Shown: positions 25,217 to 36,300 of the stretch, one piece after another
Position numbering within the stretch: position 1 is the first letter of the stretch
Layout: the number at the start of each line of letters is the position of its first letter
NCBI GenBank assembly: GCA_964291395.2
Contig: OZ219858.1
Span: forward strand, 128,001-192,000
Reading direction: 5' to 3'
Origin: Alphaproteobacteria bacterium
Lineage (GTDB): Bacteria; Pseudomonadota; Alphaproteobacteria; UBA2966
Length of the DNA: 64,000 nt
Translations under genes and position numbers: made by a program
The notes under the pieces: generated by a model
The model's input: only the letters and a program-made list of their open reading frames with translations
Told to the model about the DNA's origin: nothing
Database searches by the model: none

Positions 25217-26954
25217 GTTGGCGCCCCTTTCGACCAAGATCCACGCGCCGTGACGGTTCCCCCTCTTCCTCGCCCTCGCCCTCGACCTCGACCTCGACAC
25301 CGAGTAGGGGTGCGGCCTGTTCGATCACCTGACCGACCACGGGAGCCGCGGTCCAGCCTGCGGTCGCGAATCCAAAGGTCTCCTTGATGCCCTGCGGCTC
25401 GTCGAGCATCACGAGCACGACATAGCGCGGCTCCAAGGCCGGAAATACACCGATAAAGGAAGATCGAAGCGCTTTGCGGCGATAGCCTCGCCCGCCCACT
25501 TTCTCGGCGGTGCCCGTCTTGCCGCCGACGAAGTAGCCGGGTACATCGGCTTTCTTGCCCGTTCCCTCCACGACGTTGAGCCGCATCAGCCGCCGTATCG
25601 CCTCGGAGGTTTTTCTCGATATCACGCGCTCGCTCACCGCCCGGACATCCTGGCGATTGGCGATGAACGTCGGAACGACCCGTGTGCCGCCGTTGACCAG
25701 CGACGCGACCGCCGACGCCATTTGGATCGGGGTCACGGCGACGCCATGCCCAAACGCGATCGTCATGGTGTTGATCTCGCGCCAGGGATTCGGTGCAATC
25801 GGTTGTCCGACTTCGGCAACTTCGAGCGGCGCCCGCAGCAGCAGCCCGATCCGCCCGAGAAACTCCCGCTGGCGCTCCGTCCCCACATCCAACGCCATCC
25901 GGGCGGCGCCGATATTGGAGGAGTAGATGAATACTTCCGGAACGGACAGCCACCGCTTCTTCGCATGATCGTCCCGGATCATGAACCGCGACACGCGGAT
26001 CGGCTCGCGTGCGTCAAAACTGTCGGCAAGATCGGCTGTTCCCAGCTCCAGGGCCATTGCAACTGTGAAGATCTTGAAGGTCGATCCCATCTCGTAGACG
26101 CCGAGGCTGGCACGATTGAAACGGCTGGCTTCCGAGGCTCTGTCGACCCGATGAGGGTTGAAATCGGGGAGAGAGACGGATGCGAGAATCTGGCCGTCGT
26201 TGGCATCGAGCACGACGCCCGTCGCCCCGATTGCCTGGTACTTTTCTACTGCGGCTGCGAGCTGGTTGCGCAAGACGTGCTGGACGCGAATATCCACACT
26301 GAGATACAGGGGCGGCTGGGCGCCGCCATCCCGGGCGGCGGCGCCCAGCCTTTCGTCGAGGCGCTTCTCAATTCCCGCGAGACCTCGGTTGTCGACACCC
26401 GTGTAGCCGACAATGTGAGCGACCAGGCGGCCCTGAGGATAAACGCGCTTCTGCTCCTCTAGAAACGCGAATCCCGGCAATCCCAGTGCATTGACGGCAT
26501 ATTGTTGACGAGGCGTGAGGTGACGCTTGACCCACACGAAGCGCTTCGACGTGGACAGTTTCGAAAAGAGCTCGCCCCGGTCGATCCCCGGAAGGACCCG
26601 GGAGATCTTGTCCGAGGCTTCCGCAGCATCAAGGACACGATGAGGGTTTGCATACAGGGACGCGGTGGTCAGATCGCTGGCGAGGAGAACGCCGTTTCGA
26701 TCCACAATCTCCGCCCGCGCAATGCCGATTTCCCCGCTCACGGCCAAACCGGTGCCGCCCGCTTCCCCTATGGACGAGAGATGTACGAGACGGCCGGCCA
26801 GCACGACGAAGGCGCAGGCAAACACGGCCGCGACAATCACGAGCCGATTTCGGCCTGTCTCCACGGCCTGCTTCCGGACACCCTCCAGGCGCACCGATTC
26901 GGCCAACCTCGAGGGCAGATTGCCTGCGGAGAGGCGATCGTACGAGCCGCTCAT
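25203..26954 (-). CDS. ftsI: Peptidoglycan D,D-transpeptidase FtsI (PBP3)
   Basis: RAEIVDRNG, SxxK (GSTFK), SxN (SSN), KTGT. Confidence 0.97.
   Translation of the reverse strand: MSGSYDRLSAGNLPSRLAESVRLEGVRKQAVETGRNRLVIVAAVFACAFVVLAGRLVHLSSIGEAGGTGLAVSGEIGIARAEIVDRNGVLLASDLTTASLYANPHRVLDAAEASDKISRVLPGIDRGELFSKLSTSKRFVWVKRHLTPRQQYAVNALGLPGFAFLEEQKRVYPQGRLVAHIVGYTGVDNRGLAGIEKRLDERLGAAARDGGAQPPLYLSVDIRVQHVLRNQLAAAVEKYQAIGATGVVLDANDGQILASVSLPDFNPHRVDRASEASRFNRASLGVYEMGSTFKIFTVAMALELGTADLADSFDAREPIRVSRFMIRDDHAKKRWLSVPEVFIYSSNIGAARMALDVGTERQREFLGRIGLLLRAPLEVAEVGQPIAPNPWREINTMTIAFGHGVAVTPIQMASAVASLVNGGTRVVPTFIANRQDVRAVSERVISRKTSEAIRRLMRLNVVEGTGKKADVPGYFVGGKTGTAEKVGGRGYRRKALRSSFIGVFPALEPRYVVLVMLDEPQGIKETFGFATAGWTAAPVVGQVIEQAAPLLGVEVEVEGEGEEEGEPSRRVDLGRKGRQLASL
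25268..25297. repeat. In-frame 6-bp tandem repeat (CCTCGC x2, CCTCGA x3) near the 3' end of ftsI
   Basis: Read directly; encodes VEVEVEGEGE in the FtsI acidic tail. Confidence 0.8.
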
Positions 26955-27325
26955 CGGGAAGCCCCCTCGGGTGTCCGCGTCGGGCGCGCGGAGAGCTTCG
27001 CGGAGGAGGTTTGCGCCGCACGGTCAGGGATGTCGGCCCGGTCCGATACTTCCTTGAACGGAAGCCTCGCCATCGCCGAAATCCTGTGGACCGAGACGGG
27101 GGTCAAATCGAGGTGGCGCGCGGTCAGCTTCTCAATTCGTTCGGGATTGTTCAAAAAGCTCCATTCCGCGCGCAAGATCCGGGCCGCCTCGCGTTCGGAT
27201 GCAAGTTGCCTGTGCAGGGATTGAAGCTTCGACTCCAGCCGCTGCACCTCGTGTTTCATGGTGTAGAGGCCGTAAGTCAGCATGACCGTGACGACGAATG
27301 CCCCGATATACAAAGGCTTCATCAT
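26951..27325 (-). CDS. ftsL: Cell division protein FtsL
   Basis: Short TM plus coiled coil, LRAEWSFLNNPERIE; between rsmH and ftsI. Confidence 0.9.
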   Translation of the reverse strand: MMKPLYIGAFVVTVMLTYGLYTMKHEVQRLESKLQSLHRQLASEREAARILRAEWSFLNNPERIEKLTARHLDLTPVSVHRISAMARLPFKEVSDRADIPDRAAQTSSAKLSARPTRTPEGASR

Positions 27326-28320
27326 GCCGAGACCTCCAACCGACTGCCCGGCGCGTGCGTCCGCACGGCGGCCCGCATACGGGCGGAGCGGGCGCGGGGG
27401 TTGGCGGCGATCTCATTGTTCGTAGGACGTCGTGCCCCTCTGAACAGGAGCTCAAACGTCGCCGGCGCGGAACGCTCGGGCGATTGCGGAAGGTGGCGGG
27501 AGGGAGCCGGACGGGAGTTGGAACGTGCCCCGAGGAATCGTTTGACCTCCCGATCCTCGAGGGAATGGAACGAGACGACCGCGAGGCGGCCCTGCGGGTT
27601 CAGGAGGCGCTCGGCGGCAACGAGACCCCGTTTGAGCTCGCCGATCTCGTCATTGACGCGGATGCGAAGGGCCTGGAATGTCCGCGTAGCGGGATGAATG
27701 TCGCCATGCCGTCGTCGCGCTCCGCTCGGCATGGCACGGACGATAAGATCGGCCAACTCGCGCGTGGTGCGGATCGGTGAGTTGGCGCGGCCGGAGACGA
27801 TTGCCCGAGCAATCCGCCCCGCATGGCGCTCCTCGCCATAGGTCGAGATCAGATGCCGTAATGTGACTTCGTCTTCTGCGTTCACCACGTCTGCGGCGCT
27901 GCGTCCCTCTTGCCCCATCCGCATGTCGAGCGGACCGTCTGCCTGGAACGAAAACCCTCGGGCCGGATCGTCCAGCTGAAACGTCGAGACGCCGAGATCG
28001 AGCGTGACACCATCGACTCCGCCGACCCCGTGGTCGGCCAGAAGCGACGCCATTTCGGAGAACCTTCCCTCCAGGACGCGCAGGCGATTCGGGTACTCGC
28101 GGGCCAGTTCGCCGCCGCGGGAAACGGCGTCCGGGTCTCGGTCCACGCCCCAAACGCTGCAATGCGCCGCCCTCAGCAACGCGGCGGCGTGACCGCCACC
28201 GCCGAAGGTCCCGTCGAGAAACGATTCACCGTCGCGAGGCGCCAAAGCGGCAAGGACGGCATCCACCATGACGGGAACATGCTCCCGTTCTGGTGTCGCG
28301 GCCTTGCATTCACTGGTCAC
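27322..28320 (-). CDS. rsmH: 16S rRNA (C1402-N4) methyltransferase
   Basis: HVPVM, DGTFGGGGH, LDLGVS, PLDMRM, HPATRTFQALRI, SFHSLEDR, NPRARSA; GTG start inferred. Confidence 0.97.
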   Translation of the reverse strand: MTSECKAATPEREHVPVMVDAVLAALAPRDGESFLDGTFGGGGHAAALLRAAHCSVWGVDRDPDAVSRGGELAREYPNRLRVLEGRFSEMASLLADHGVGGVDGVTLDLGVSTFQLDDPARGFSFQADGPLDMRMGQEGRSAADVVNAEDEVTLRHLISTYGEERHAGRIARAIVSGRANSPIRTTRELADLIVRAMPSGARRRHGDIHPATRTFQALRIRVNDEIGELKRGLVAAERLLNPQGRLAVVSFHSLEDREVKRFLGARSNSRPAPSRHLPQSPERSAPATFELLFRGARRPTNNEIAANPRARSARMRAAVRTHAPGSRLEVSA

Positions 28321-28324
28321 TCGG

Positions 28325-28789
28325 TTAGCGCTCCCCGGCCGAATCCTTGAAGCGGAGTGAGGTCCGGTCGTCTCTGGCCCGCTTCCGGGCCTCCTCCTGG
28401 CACGCCCGGAATGCTTCCGGCTCCCAAATCTGAAAGGTGGCGCCGCGACCCACGAACGCAGCACGGTCTGATATGCCGGCATGCTCTCTCAGCACATCGG
28501 GAAGCACGATTCGACCTTCCGAATCGAAAGACAGTTGGTGAGAATCTGCGAGAATGGAGATCGCGAAGGCGTCGTGTTCGTCACTGAACGGATCGAACTG
28601 ATCGATACCAGCGCTCAAACGCTCGATGTGATCGATTCCCGACGCCTCGATTGCCGGAGCCACGAACGAGGGAAAGACGATTACGCCGGAAAAGGATTGC
28701 GCCCCCAAAACCGTCCGGAACTGTGCAGGCACGGATATCCGCCCCTTGCGGTCGATCCGATTGACAAACGTGGACAGAAAGAGTGCCAA
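28325..28789 (-). CDS. mraZ: Division/cell wall cluster transcriptional repressor MraZ
   Basis: DRKGRISVP and DSEGRIVLP repeats, GRGATFQIW; TTG start after GGGGAG. Confidence 0.95.
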   Translation of the reverse strand: MALFLSTFVNRIDRKGRISVPAQFRTVLGAQSFSGVIVFPSFVAPAIEASGIDHIERLSAGIDQFDPFSDEHDAFAISILADSHQLSFDSEGRIVLPDVLREHAGISDRAAFVGRGATFQIWEPEAFRACQEEARKRARDDRTSLRFKDSAGER

Positions 28790-28865
28790 GCCACTCCCCC
28801 CAAATTCGCCCGCTGTCCCCGTCCCAAGGTCGCTCGCGGACCCATCTGCGCACTTTGGCGGCATA

Positions 28866-28910
28866 TGGGACATTCTGGGATAACATGGGGAATTATGGGT
28901 GTCAATGGGA
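28866..28910 (+). promoter_or_regulatory. MraZ operator: five TGGGN boxes at exact 10-bp period
   Basis: TGGGA-cattc-TGGGA-taaca-TGGGG-aatta-TGGGT-gtcaa-TGGGA upstream of mraZ; MraZ is known to bind TGGGN repeats spaced by 5 nt. Confidence 0.85.
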
Positions 28911-29047
28911 AATTAAGTAATTTCAAAACATAACCAAAGACTTCGACCACCCGTTCTCTTGATGTCCATATGTATCCGGCAGACGCGACGAGAACGGACG
29001 TCCGAACCGTGGCCGACGAGATTTAGCCCCGAAATACGGCGAAAGTT

Positions 29048-29063
29048 TGTTCTCTATATGTTC
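29048..29063 (+). promoter_or_regulatory. Candidate alphaproteobacterial LexA (SOS) box
   Basis: TGTTC-TCTATA-TGTTC = GTTC-N7-GTTC; a one-mismatch copy GTTC-TCTTGAT-GTCC at 28953-28967. Confidence 0.5.
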
Positions 29064-29295
29064 CAGATGGGATTTTGCCCGTTTTCGGTTCTGGAAGGCG
29101 GCGGAATCCCCGCGCTGCCGGCAGCCAGCCGCCCCTCCCGGACAGGCCGATCGGATGACCCTGGTCCAGTCAATCGAAAGTATTCGTGTTCGAATTCTTG
29201 ATCCAATTCTCGATGAACATTGCAATGCTTACTGATATCCCGAATCGGGAATTCACAAGGCGACAAGTCAGATTCATTGAAGTATGAGGAAATTT

Positions 29296-29689
<394 letters not shown>

Positions 29690-29721
29690 AGAGCTAGATT
29701 TAGAAACCGAGGCGCCCTGCG

Positions 29722-30453
29722 TCAACCATGTCCGTCCACTAGAACGTTCAGGCGATGGTCCGTTTCCGAATCGATGATGCCGTCGACGCGCTCCGGGCGA
29801 AAGTGCCGCTGAAAGGCTACGACGACATCCTTGGTCAGGGCATCGAACTCTCCGGTCGGCATAATTCCATATCCAATTCGAGCCAGGCGGGATTGAGCCG
29901 ACCGGACTTGCCCTCCTGCGCTGCCCTGCGCCAAACGGACCCCGCTCTCCGACCACGGCAACGAGAACGAGCCGGGCCAGACCCCGATTCCTTGGGCGGC
30001 CGCGCCTCGCCAATCGAACAGTTCGCCCGGGTCGCGACGGCGCGACGGCGCCACGTCGGAGTGCCCGAGAACCCGTTCCCGCGGTATGGGATGGCGCGCA
30101 AGTACGGCGGTGGCCAACCGGAAAAACGCTTTCATCTGCCGCTCCGGAAACGCCCGGTAGCCGAATTCGTGACCTGGATTGGCGAGCTCGATACCGATGG
30201 AACAGCCATTGATGTCGGTGCGGCCCTGCCAGGAAGACACACCGGCGTGCCAGGCGCGCCTTTCCTCCGGCACCAGTTGCAGGACCTCGCCGTCCTCGTC
30301 GACGAAGTAGTGGGCGCTCACCTTCGCCGCGGGATCGACCAGCCTTGCAACAGCCGATTCGGAGTCCCTCATCCCCGTGTAGTGAAGTACGAGGGTATCG
30401 ACGGCGGCATCTCCGGGACGCGCGTCGTGGTTCGGTGAAGCGAAGGTCCGCAT
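29722..30453 (-). CDS. N-acetylmuramoyl-L-alanine amidase (AmpD/AmiD family) with peptidoglycan-binding domain
   Basis: SPNH, VLHYTGM, VSAHY, RAWHAG, SIGIE, GHSDVAP, DPGELFDW, AFQRHFRP. Confidence 0.93.
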   Translation of the reverse strand: MRTFASPNHDARPGDAAVDTLVLHYTGMRDSESAVARLVDPAAKVSAHYFVDEDGEVLQLVPEERRAWHAGVSSWQGRTDINGCSIGIELANPGHEFGYRAFPERQMKAFFRLATAVLARHPIPRERVLGHSDVAPSRRRDPGELFDWRGAAAQGIGVWPGSFSLPWSESGVRLAQGSAGGQVRSAQSRLARIGYGIMPTGEFDALTKDVVVAFQRHFRPERVDGIIDSETDHRLNVLVDGHG

Positions 30454-30516
30454 CACCTCAATGTTTCGTCCTTTGACACAGAGCGTCCGCATTCGGAAGC
30501 GGGGTCGGCGGCCGCA

Positions 30517-31242
30517 TCAGGTCAATCCGCGTTCCTTCGCGACCCGGTCATAGGCGTCGTTGATGACCGCCAGCTTCTCGTTCGCCACATCCACGAACTC
30601 TTGCGGTACGCCTTGCGCGATCAGGGTGTCTGGATGGTGCTCGCGAATGAGTGTCCGATAGCGGCTCTTGAGCTCATCGTCGGAGACCTCCCGATCCAGG
30701 CCGAGAATGAGGTAGGGATCGGAATCGTCCGAGCCCACGTGACCTGCGCGGATACGATTGAACTCCGCCTCGCTGAAACCGAATATCGTCGCGACACGTG
30801 CGAGAAACTCGTTCTCCGCGGGATGATAGACACTGTCCGCCTTGGCGATATGGAACAATCCGTCCAACAGATCCTCGAGTACCGCGGGATTGGCCCTGAA
30901 CATTCCCGCCAACTGTTCCGCATAGGGCTCGAACCCTCGTGAATCCTTTTTCGCCAGGTCAAAGACCCGAGCCACGTTCTTCACCTCGTCGTGGGGAACG
31001 TGAAACACCTCGCGAAACGCTTCGATTTCGTCCCGGGTGACGACTCCGTCCGCCTTTGCCATCTTGGCGCCGAGGACGATCACGCCGATCGTGAAGGCGA
31101 CTTGCTTCGTGCCGCCATCCTCGGTCTGGGCGACGCGCATCTTGTCGAATGCGTGGCCGGCGATACCGCCGAGAAGCGCGCCCAGCGGCCCGCCCATGGC
31201 GAAGCCCGCGGCGCCACCGATGATCTTGCCCCAAACGCTCAT
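30517..31242 (-). CDS. djlA: DnaJ-like co-chaperone DjlA (TerB-like plus J domain)
   Basis: N-terminal WGKIIGG..GGPLGALLG, KMAKADG, J-domain HHPD. Confidence 0.9.
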   Translation of the reverse strand: MSVWGKIIGGAAGFAMGGPLGALLGGIAGHAFDKMRVAQTEDGGTKQVAFTIGVIVLGAKMAKADGVVTRDEIEAFREVFHVPHDEVKNVARVFDLAKKDSRGFEPYAEQLAGMFRANPAVLEDLLDGLFHIAKADSVYHPAENEFLARVATIFGFSEAEFNRIRAGHVGSDDSDPYLILGLDREVSDDELKSRYRTLIREHHPDTLIAQGVPQEFVDVANEKLAVINDAYDRVAKERGLT

Positions 31243-31382
31243 TCCGGAATTCCGGCGCGGAGAGAAATGGATGTAACGCCCCGCGAGCCCATCCCGTCGT
31301 TACCCTGACCCGGGCTCAGTCAAGACGTTCTCCGAGGTCGTCGGCGATTTCCGCCCGTGGAAGGTGACCTCGCGTGTCCTGC

Positions 31383-31589
31383 CTACTTCTTGTACCAGGG
31401 ACAGTTCTCATGGCTGGTCTCGATGCCCGTGTAGTTCCCCTTCGAATTCGCGTACTCGATCCGCACGACCGAACCGTCAGGCGCACACACCGGATCGAAC
31501 AGGTTATTGGCTGCCTGCCGGTGTTCTCTGTCACCGTGTTGGCAGGCGCTCAATGCCATCACGATCAGCAAACCCATCACAATTCTCAT
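31383..31589 (-). CDS. Small hypothetical lipoprotein (68 aa)
   Basis: MRIVMGLLIVMALSAC signal with LSAC lipobox; GGAG upstream; two further Cys. Confidence 0.7.
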   Translation of the reverse strand: MRIVMGLLIVMALSACQHGDREHRQAANNLFDPVCAPDGSVVRIEYANSKGNYTGIETSHENCPWYKK

Positions 31590-31755
31590 CGCCTTACTCC
31601 CATCATGGTAACGCTGCCTGGGCAAAGTTCCCGCGCCATACTACCCCAGGGATATCCGCTTGCCACGTCTGTATGAGGCTGCGTTGACCGGCCGGAGGGC
31701 CATTCTTAGGATCGGCAGCAGCCATCACACGGCTTCGGCGATGGGGAGACACAAG

Positions 31756-32514
31756 ATGCAACTCGACGGCAAGGTCGCCATCATCACGGGCGCCGCACGT
31801 GGCATTGGCCAAGCCTATGCGCAGCGGTTCGCCGCGGAAGGGGCTTCCGTGGTCGTGGGCGATATCCGCGACACCTCGGAAACCGTGGATCTCGTCAAGG
31901 AGGCCGGCGGCAAGATCGTCGGCACCCCGCACGACGTGACGGACATGGCAAGCTGCAATGCGATTGTCGAGCTTGCCGTCAAGGAATTCGGAAAGCTCGA
32001 CGTCCTTGTAAACAATGCTGCCCTGTATGGCGACATTGTCACCGGCAGGTTTGAAAACCTCGAAGAGGATCAATGGGATCGCGTCATGAACGTCAACGTC
32101 AAGGGCGTCTGGCAGTGCTGCAAAGCCGCCGTCGGTCCGATGCGCGAGGCGGGAGGGGGCAGCATGATCAACATCTCGACGCTCGCGTTCATTTACGGCA
32201 CGCCTTACGCCATCGATTACGCGGCGTCCAAGGGCGCCGTGATCGGCATTACGCGGGTCATCGCCCGCGAGCTGGGTCGCGACTGGATCCGCGTCAACGC
32301 GGTGGCGCCATCCGCCGTGCTCACCGAAGCGACCGAGAATTTCTTCGGTGACAAGGCGGAGCGGGCCAAGGAGGTCATCGCAAAATCCCAGACGCTGCAG
32401 CGAAATCTCGAGCCCGACGACCTCACGGGCACCGTCGTCTGGCTGGCGAGCGATGACTCCAGGTTCGTCACGGGCCAGACCATCATGGTCGACGGCGGCA
32501 CGGTGTTCCTGTAG
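31756..32514 (+). CDS. Classical short-chain dehydrogenase/reductase
   Basis: TGAARGIG, LVNNA, YAASK (YxxxK), IRVNAVAP, TGQTIMVDGG; GGGGAG before ATG 31756. Confidence 0.93.
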   Translation: MQLDGKVAIITGAARGIGQAYAQRFAAEGASVVVGDIRDTSETVDLVKEAGGKIVGTPHDVTDMASCNAIVELAVKEFGKLDVLVNNAALYGDIVTGRFENLEEDQWDRVMNVNVKGVWQCCKAAVGPMREAGGGSMINISTLAFIYGTPYAIDYAASKGAVIGITRVIARELGRDWIRVNAVAPSAVLTEATENFFGDKAERAKEVIAKSQTLQRNLEPDDLTGTVVWLASDDSRFVTGQTIMVDGGTVFL

Positions 32515-32876
32515 CCGCGCCGATACGCGGACGCCGCCCTCCAGGACATCCACGACGTGCCACGTTTGAAGTCCGGCGCGCCGATTCCGGCCGCCATCGT
32601 CTCCTGCCACCGCAAATTCCTGCCCTGCGGCACGGCTGAGGCGCGAACCCGGTAAATGCGTCCGTACCCGGGTCGAGCGTGTCGACGTTACTACCGTGGA
32701 CCTCGACTCGCGCGATGAGGTCGGGAGGACGCCGGGCGATGTCTTCGTGATCCAGCCTCCCTCGGGCGGCGCCTGCGGACTGCCGCAGACGAGTGGGGAA
32801 ACGGCGGTGTGTCCGGCCAACGCATGGGCGGCATCCGTACCCCGGCCGAGTGTTGAGGGCCAATTCGAACGCGGAG

Positions 32877-33203
32877 TCAGGCGAACTGGTCGACCTTTGC
32901 CGCCATGATGAAATCGTTCTCGTGCAGTCCCTTGATCTTGTGAGTGTAGAAGATCACCTTGGCGTAGCCCCAGCCGAACGTGATGTCGGGATGGTGCCCT
33001 TCTTCCTCCGCCAAATCGCCGACCTTGTTGACGAATGCCTGAGCCTTCGCGAAATCGTCGAACGGGAACCGCCGTTCGATCCACACCCCGTCGTCGGACA
33101 AAGTCCACTCGGGAACTTCCTCGAGAAACTGTTCCGACTCGACACGGGTCAACGGAGGAATGCCTCCCTGGCACGGCACGCAAGTCTTCGCTGTCAACGA
33201 CAT
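32877..33203 (-). CDS. Pterin-4-alpha-carbinolamine dehydratase
   Basis: AEEEGHHPDI and YTHKIKGLHENDFIMAAKVD signatures; N-terminal CVPC. Confidence 0.92.
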   Translation of the reverse strand: MSLTAKTCVPCQGGIPPLTRVESEQFLEEVPEWTLSDDGVWIERRFPFDDFAKAQAFVNKVGDLAEEEGHHPDITFGWGYAKVIFYTHKIKGLHENDFIMAAKVDQFA

Positions 33204-33386
33204 TGATCTGGCTCTCCACATCGACTCAACGGGTTGCTCGATCCGACTCTACACATAGGCGGGTGATGATCCAACGACCGGCCACGCGTGAGGCGGGCGA
33301 CGGGCTGACAGGGGCTTGTCCGCCGCCAAGCCCGGAGGTCGCCGGACGTCTGGACCGGCAGGCCGTGTCGCGGCCTCCATGGCGGT

Positions 33387-36300
33387 TCAGGTTGGACTTG
33401 AACCGCCTTGGGGCTCATACCCCAGGTTCGGCGCGAGCCAGCGCTCCGCCTGCTGGAGCGAGACGCCCTTGCGCGCGGCGTAATCCTCGACCTGGTCGCG
33501 GCCAATCTTGCCCACACCGAAATAGCGCGACCGAGGGTGCGCGAAGTAAAATCCGGAAACCGCCGCAGCGGGCAGCATGGCGAAGCCCTCGGTCAGTATG
33601 ATGCCTGCATTGTCCGGCGCACCGAGAAGATCGAACAGGAGGGGCTTTTCGCTGTGATCCGGACAGGCCGGGTATCCCGGTGCCGGTCGGATCCCCTGGT
33701 ATTCCTCGCGAATCAGCGCTTCGTTGTCCAAATCCTCGTCTGCCGCATAGCCCCAGAACTCCTTGCGCACGCGCTCGTGCATGTGCTCCGCGAACGCTTC
33801 GGCGAGTCGGTCCGCCAACGCTTTCAACAGGATGCTGTTGTAGTCGTCGTGCGCGGCATCGAACTCCGCGAGCTTCGTCTCGATTCCAGTTCCCGCGGTT
33901 ACGGCGAACCCGCCCAGGTAGTCGGCGACACCCGTCTCTTTGGGCGCGACGAAATCGGCGAGAGAGAAGTTCGCCCGCGCCGTATTCTTGATCATCTGCT
34001 GGCGCAGGAAGTGAAAGCGCGTGCGCACCTCGTCGCGCGACTCGTCGGCATAGACCTCGATGTCGTCGCCCACGCTGTTTGCCGGGAAAAGCCCGATGAC
34101 GCCGCGCGCCGTCAGCCACCGCTCCGCCACGATCCGTTCCAGCATCGTCTGCGCGTCATCATGGAGGTCTCGGGCTGCCTGCCCGACCTTCGGATCGTCG
34201 AGTATCTTCGGAAACGTGCCCGCGAGTTCCCAGGTGCGGAAGAAGGGCGTCCAGTCGATGCGATTCACGAGATCGCCGAGATCGTACGAGTCGAACGCCT
34301 TCAGTCCCAGAAAGGACGGCTTCGCAGGTTCCGTGGACGTCCAATCAATGGGCGATCTGGCCTCGCGCGCCCCCTGCAGCGTGTGCTGGCGGCCACCTTG
34401 ATCCCGGCCATGATATCCATCCCGAATGCGATCGTATTCCTGTTCGATGCGCGCCACGAATTGATCACGACGGGTATCGCTCACCAGAGCACCGGCGACT
34501 CCCACCGCCCGTGAGGCATCCACCACGTGAACGACCGGATGGTCGTAGTTGGGAGCGATCTTGACGGCGGTGTGTACTTTGGAGGTCGTCGCGCCCCCGA
34601 TGAGGAGCGGCACCGTGAAGCCCGCGCGCTTCATTTCCGCGGCCACCGTCTCCATCTCTCCGAGCGACGGCGTGATGAGGCCGGAGAGCCCGATCATGTT
34701 TGCACCTTCCGCTTTCGCCGTCTCCAGTATCTTGATGTAAGGAACCATGACGCCGAGATCGATGACCTCGAAGTTGTTGCATTGAAGCACCACGCCGACG
34801 ATGTTCTTGCCGATATCGTGCACGTCGCCCTTCACGGTGGCGGTGACGATCTTGCCTTTGGCCGAGACCTCGCCGCCGCTCCCCTTTTCCGCCTCGAGGA
34901 ACGGGGTCAGGTGCGCCACGGCCTGTTTCATCACGCGGGCGCTTTTCACCACCTGCGGCAGGAACATCTGTCCCGAACCGAACAAGTCACCGACGATGTT
35001 CATACCGTCCATCAAGGCTCCCTCGATGACGTCGAGGGGACGGTCCACGCTGAGGCGCGCTTCCTCGGTGTCCTCGACGACGAAATCGCTGATCCCTGCG
35101 ACCAGGGCGTGGGACAACCGTTCCTCGACCGAACCTTCACGCCACGAGAGATCGGGACCCTGGCTCTTGCGCTGGCTCTGGACGTTGTCCGCCACCTCGA
35201 GCAGCCGCTCCATCGCGTCCGGCCGCCGGTTCAGTACGACGTCCTCGACACGCTCGCGGAGAAATTCCGGAATGTCCGCGTAGACCGCGAGTTGGCCTGC
35301 GTTGACGATTCCCATATCCATGCCGGCTTCCAGGGCGTGGTACAGGAACACCGAGTGCATGGCCTCGCGAACGGCGTTGTTGCCCCGGAACGAGAAGGAC
35401 ATGTTGCTGACCCCCCCCGAAACCAGGGCGTGAGGCAGGGTTTTCTTGATCGTGCGCGTGGCTTCGACGAAGTCCACCGAGAAGTTGTCGTGTTCCTCCA
35501 TTCCGGTGGCGATGGGGAAGATGTTGGGATCGAGAATGATGTCCCATGGCGGGAATCCCACATCTTCGGCGAGGATCTTGTAGGAGCGCGTCAGGATCTC
35601 GACCATGCGTTCGCATGAGTCGGCCTGTCCCGTCTCGTCGAACGCCATCACGACAACGGCCGCACCGTAGCGCAGGATTTCCTCAGCCTGCTCGATGAAC
35701 GCCTGTTCCCCTTCCTTGAGGCTGACCGAATTGACGACTCCCTTTCCCTGGACGTTTTTGAGACCCGTTTCGATGACCGACCACTTCGAGGAGTCGATCA
35801 TGACCGGGACCCGTGAAATATCCGGCTCGGTGGCAACGAGGCGCAGGAAGGTCTCGACGGCGACCTCGGAGTCGAGCATCGCCTCATCCATGTTGACGTC
35901 GATGACCTGGGCGCCGTTCTCCACCTGCTGCCGCGCGATCTCGATCCCGGCGGCATAGTCACCTTCGCGGATGAGCTTGGCGAACTTCGCCGACCCGGCG
36001 ACGTTGGTCCGCTCGCCGATGTTCACGAAACCGGTCAGCGGCCCGATGGTCAGGGGCTCGAGACCGCTGAGCCGGCAACGAGGTTCGACATCGGGGCGGA
36101 CGCGCGGCGGGAGGTTCGCTACCGCCTCGGCGATGGCGCCGATGTGACGGGGCGTCGTCCCACAGCACCCGCCGACGATATTGACGAATCCGCTCTCGGC
36201 GAACTCCGCGAGTCGCCCGGCCATGTAGCCCGGCGTGTCGTCGTAACCGCCGAATTCGTTCGGCAGCCCCGCATTGGGATGCACACTGACGCAAATGCCG

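Noticed and set aside
28911-28940. CtrA site in the dcw promoter
   Set aside because: Only a TTAA half-site; no TTAA-N7-TTAA spacing
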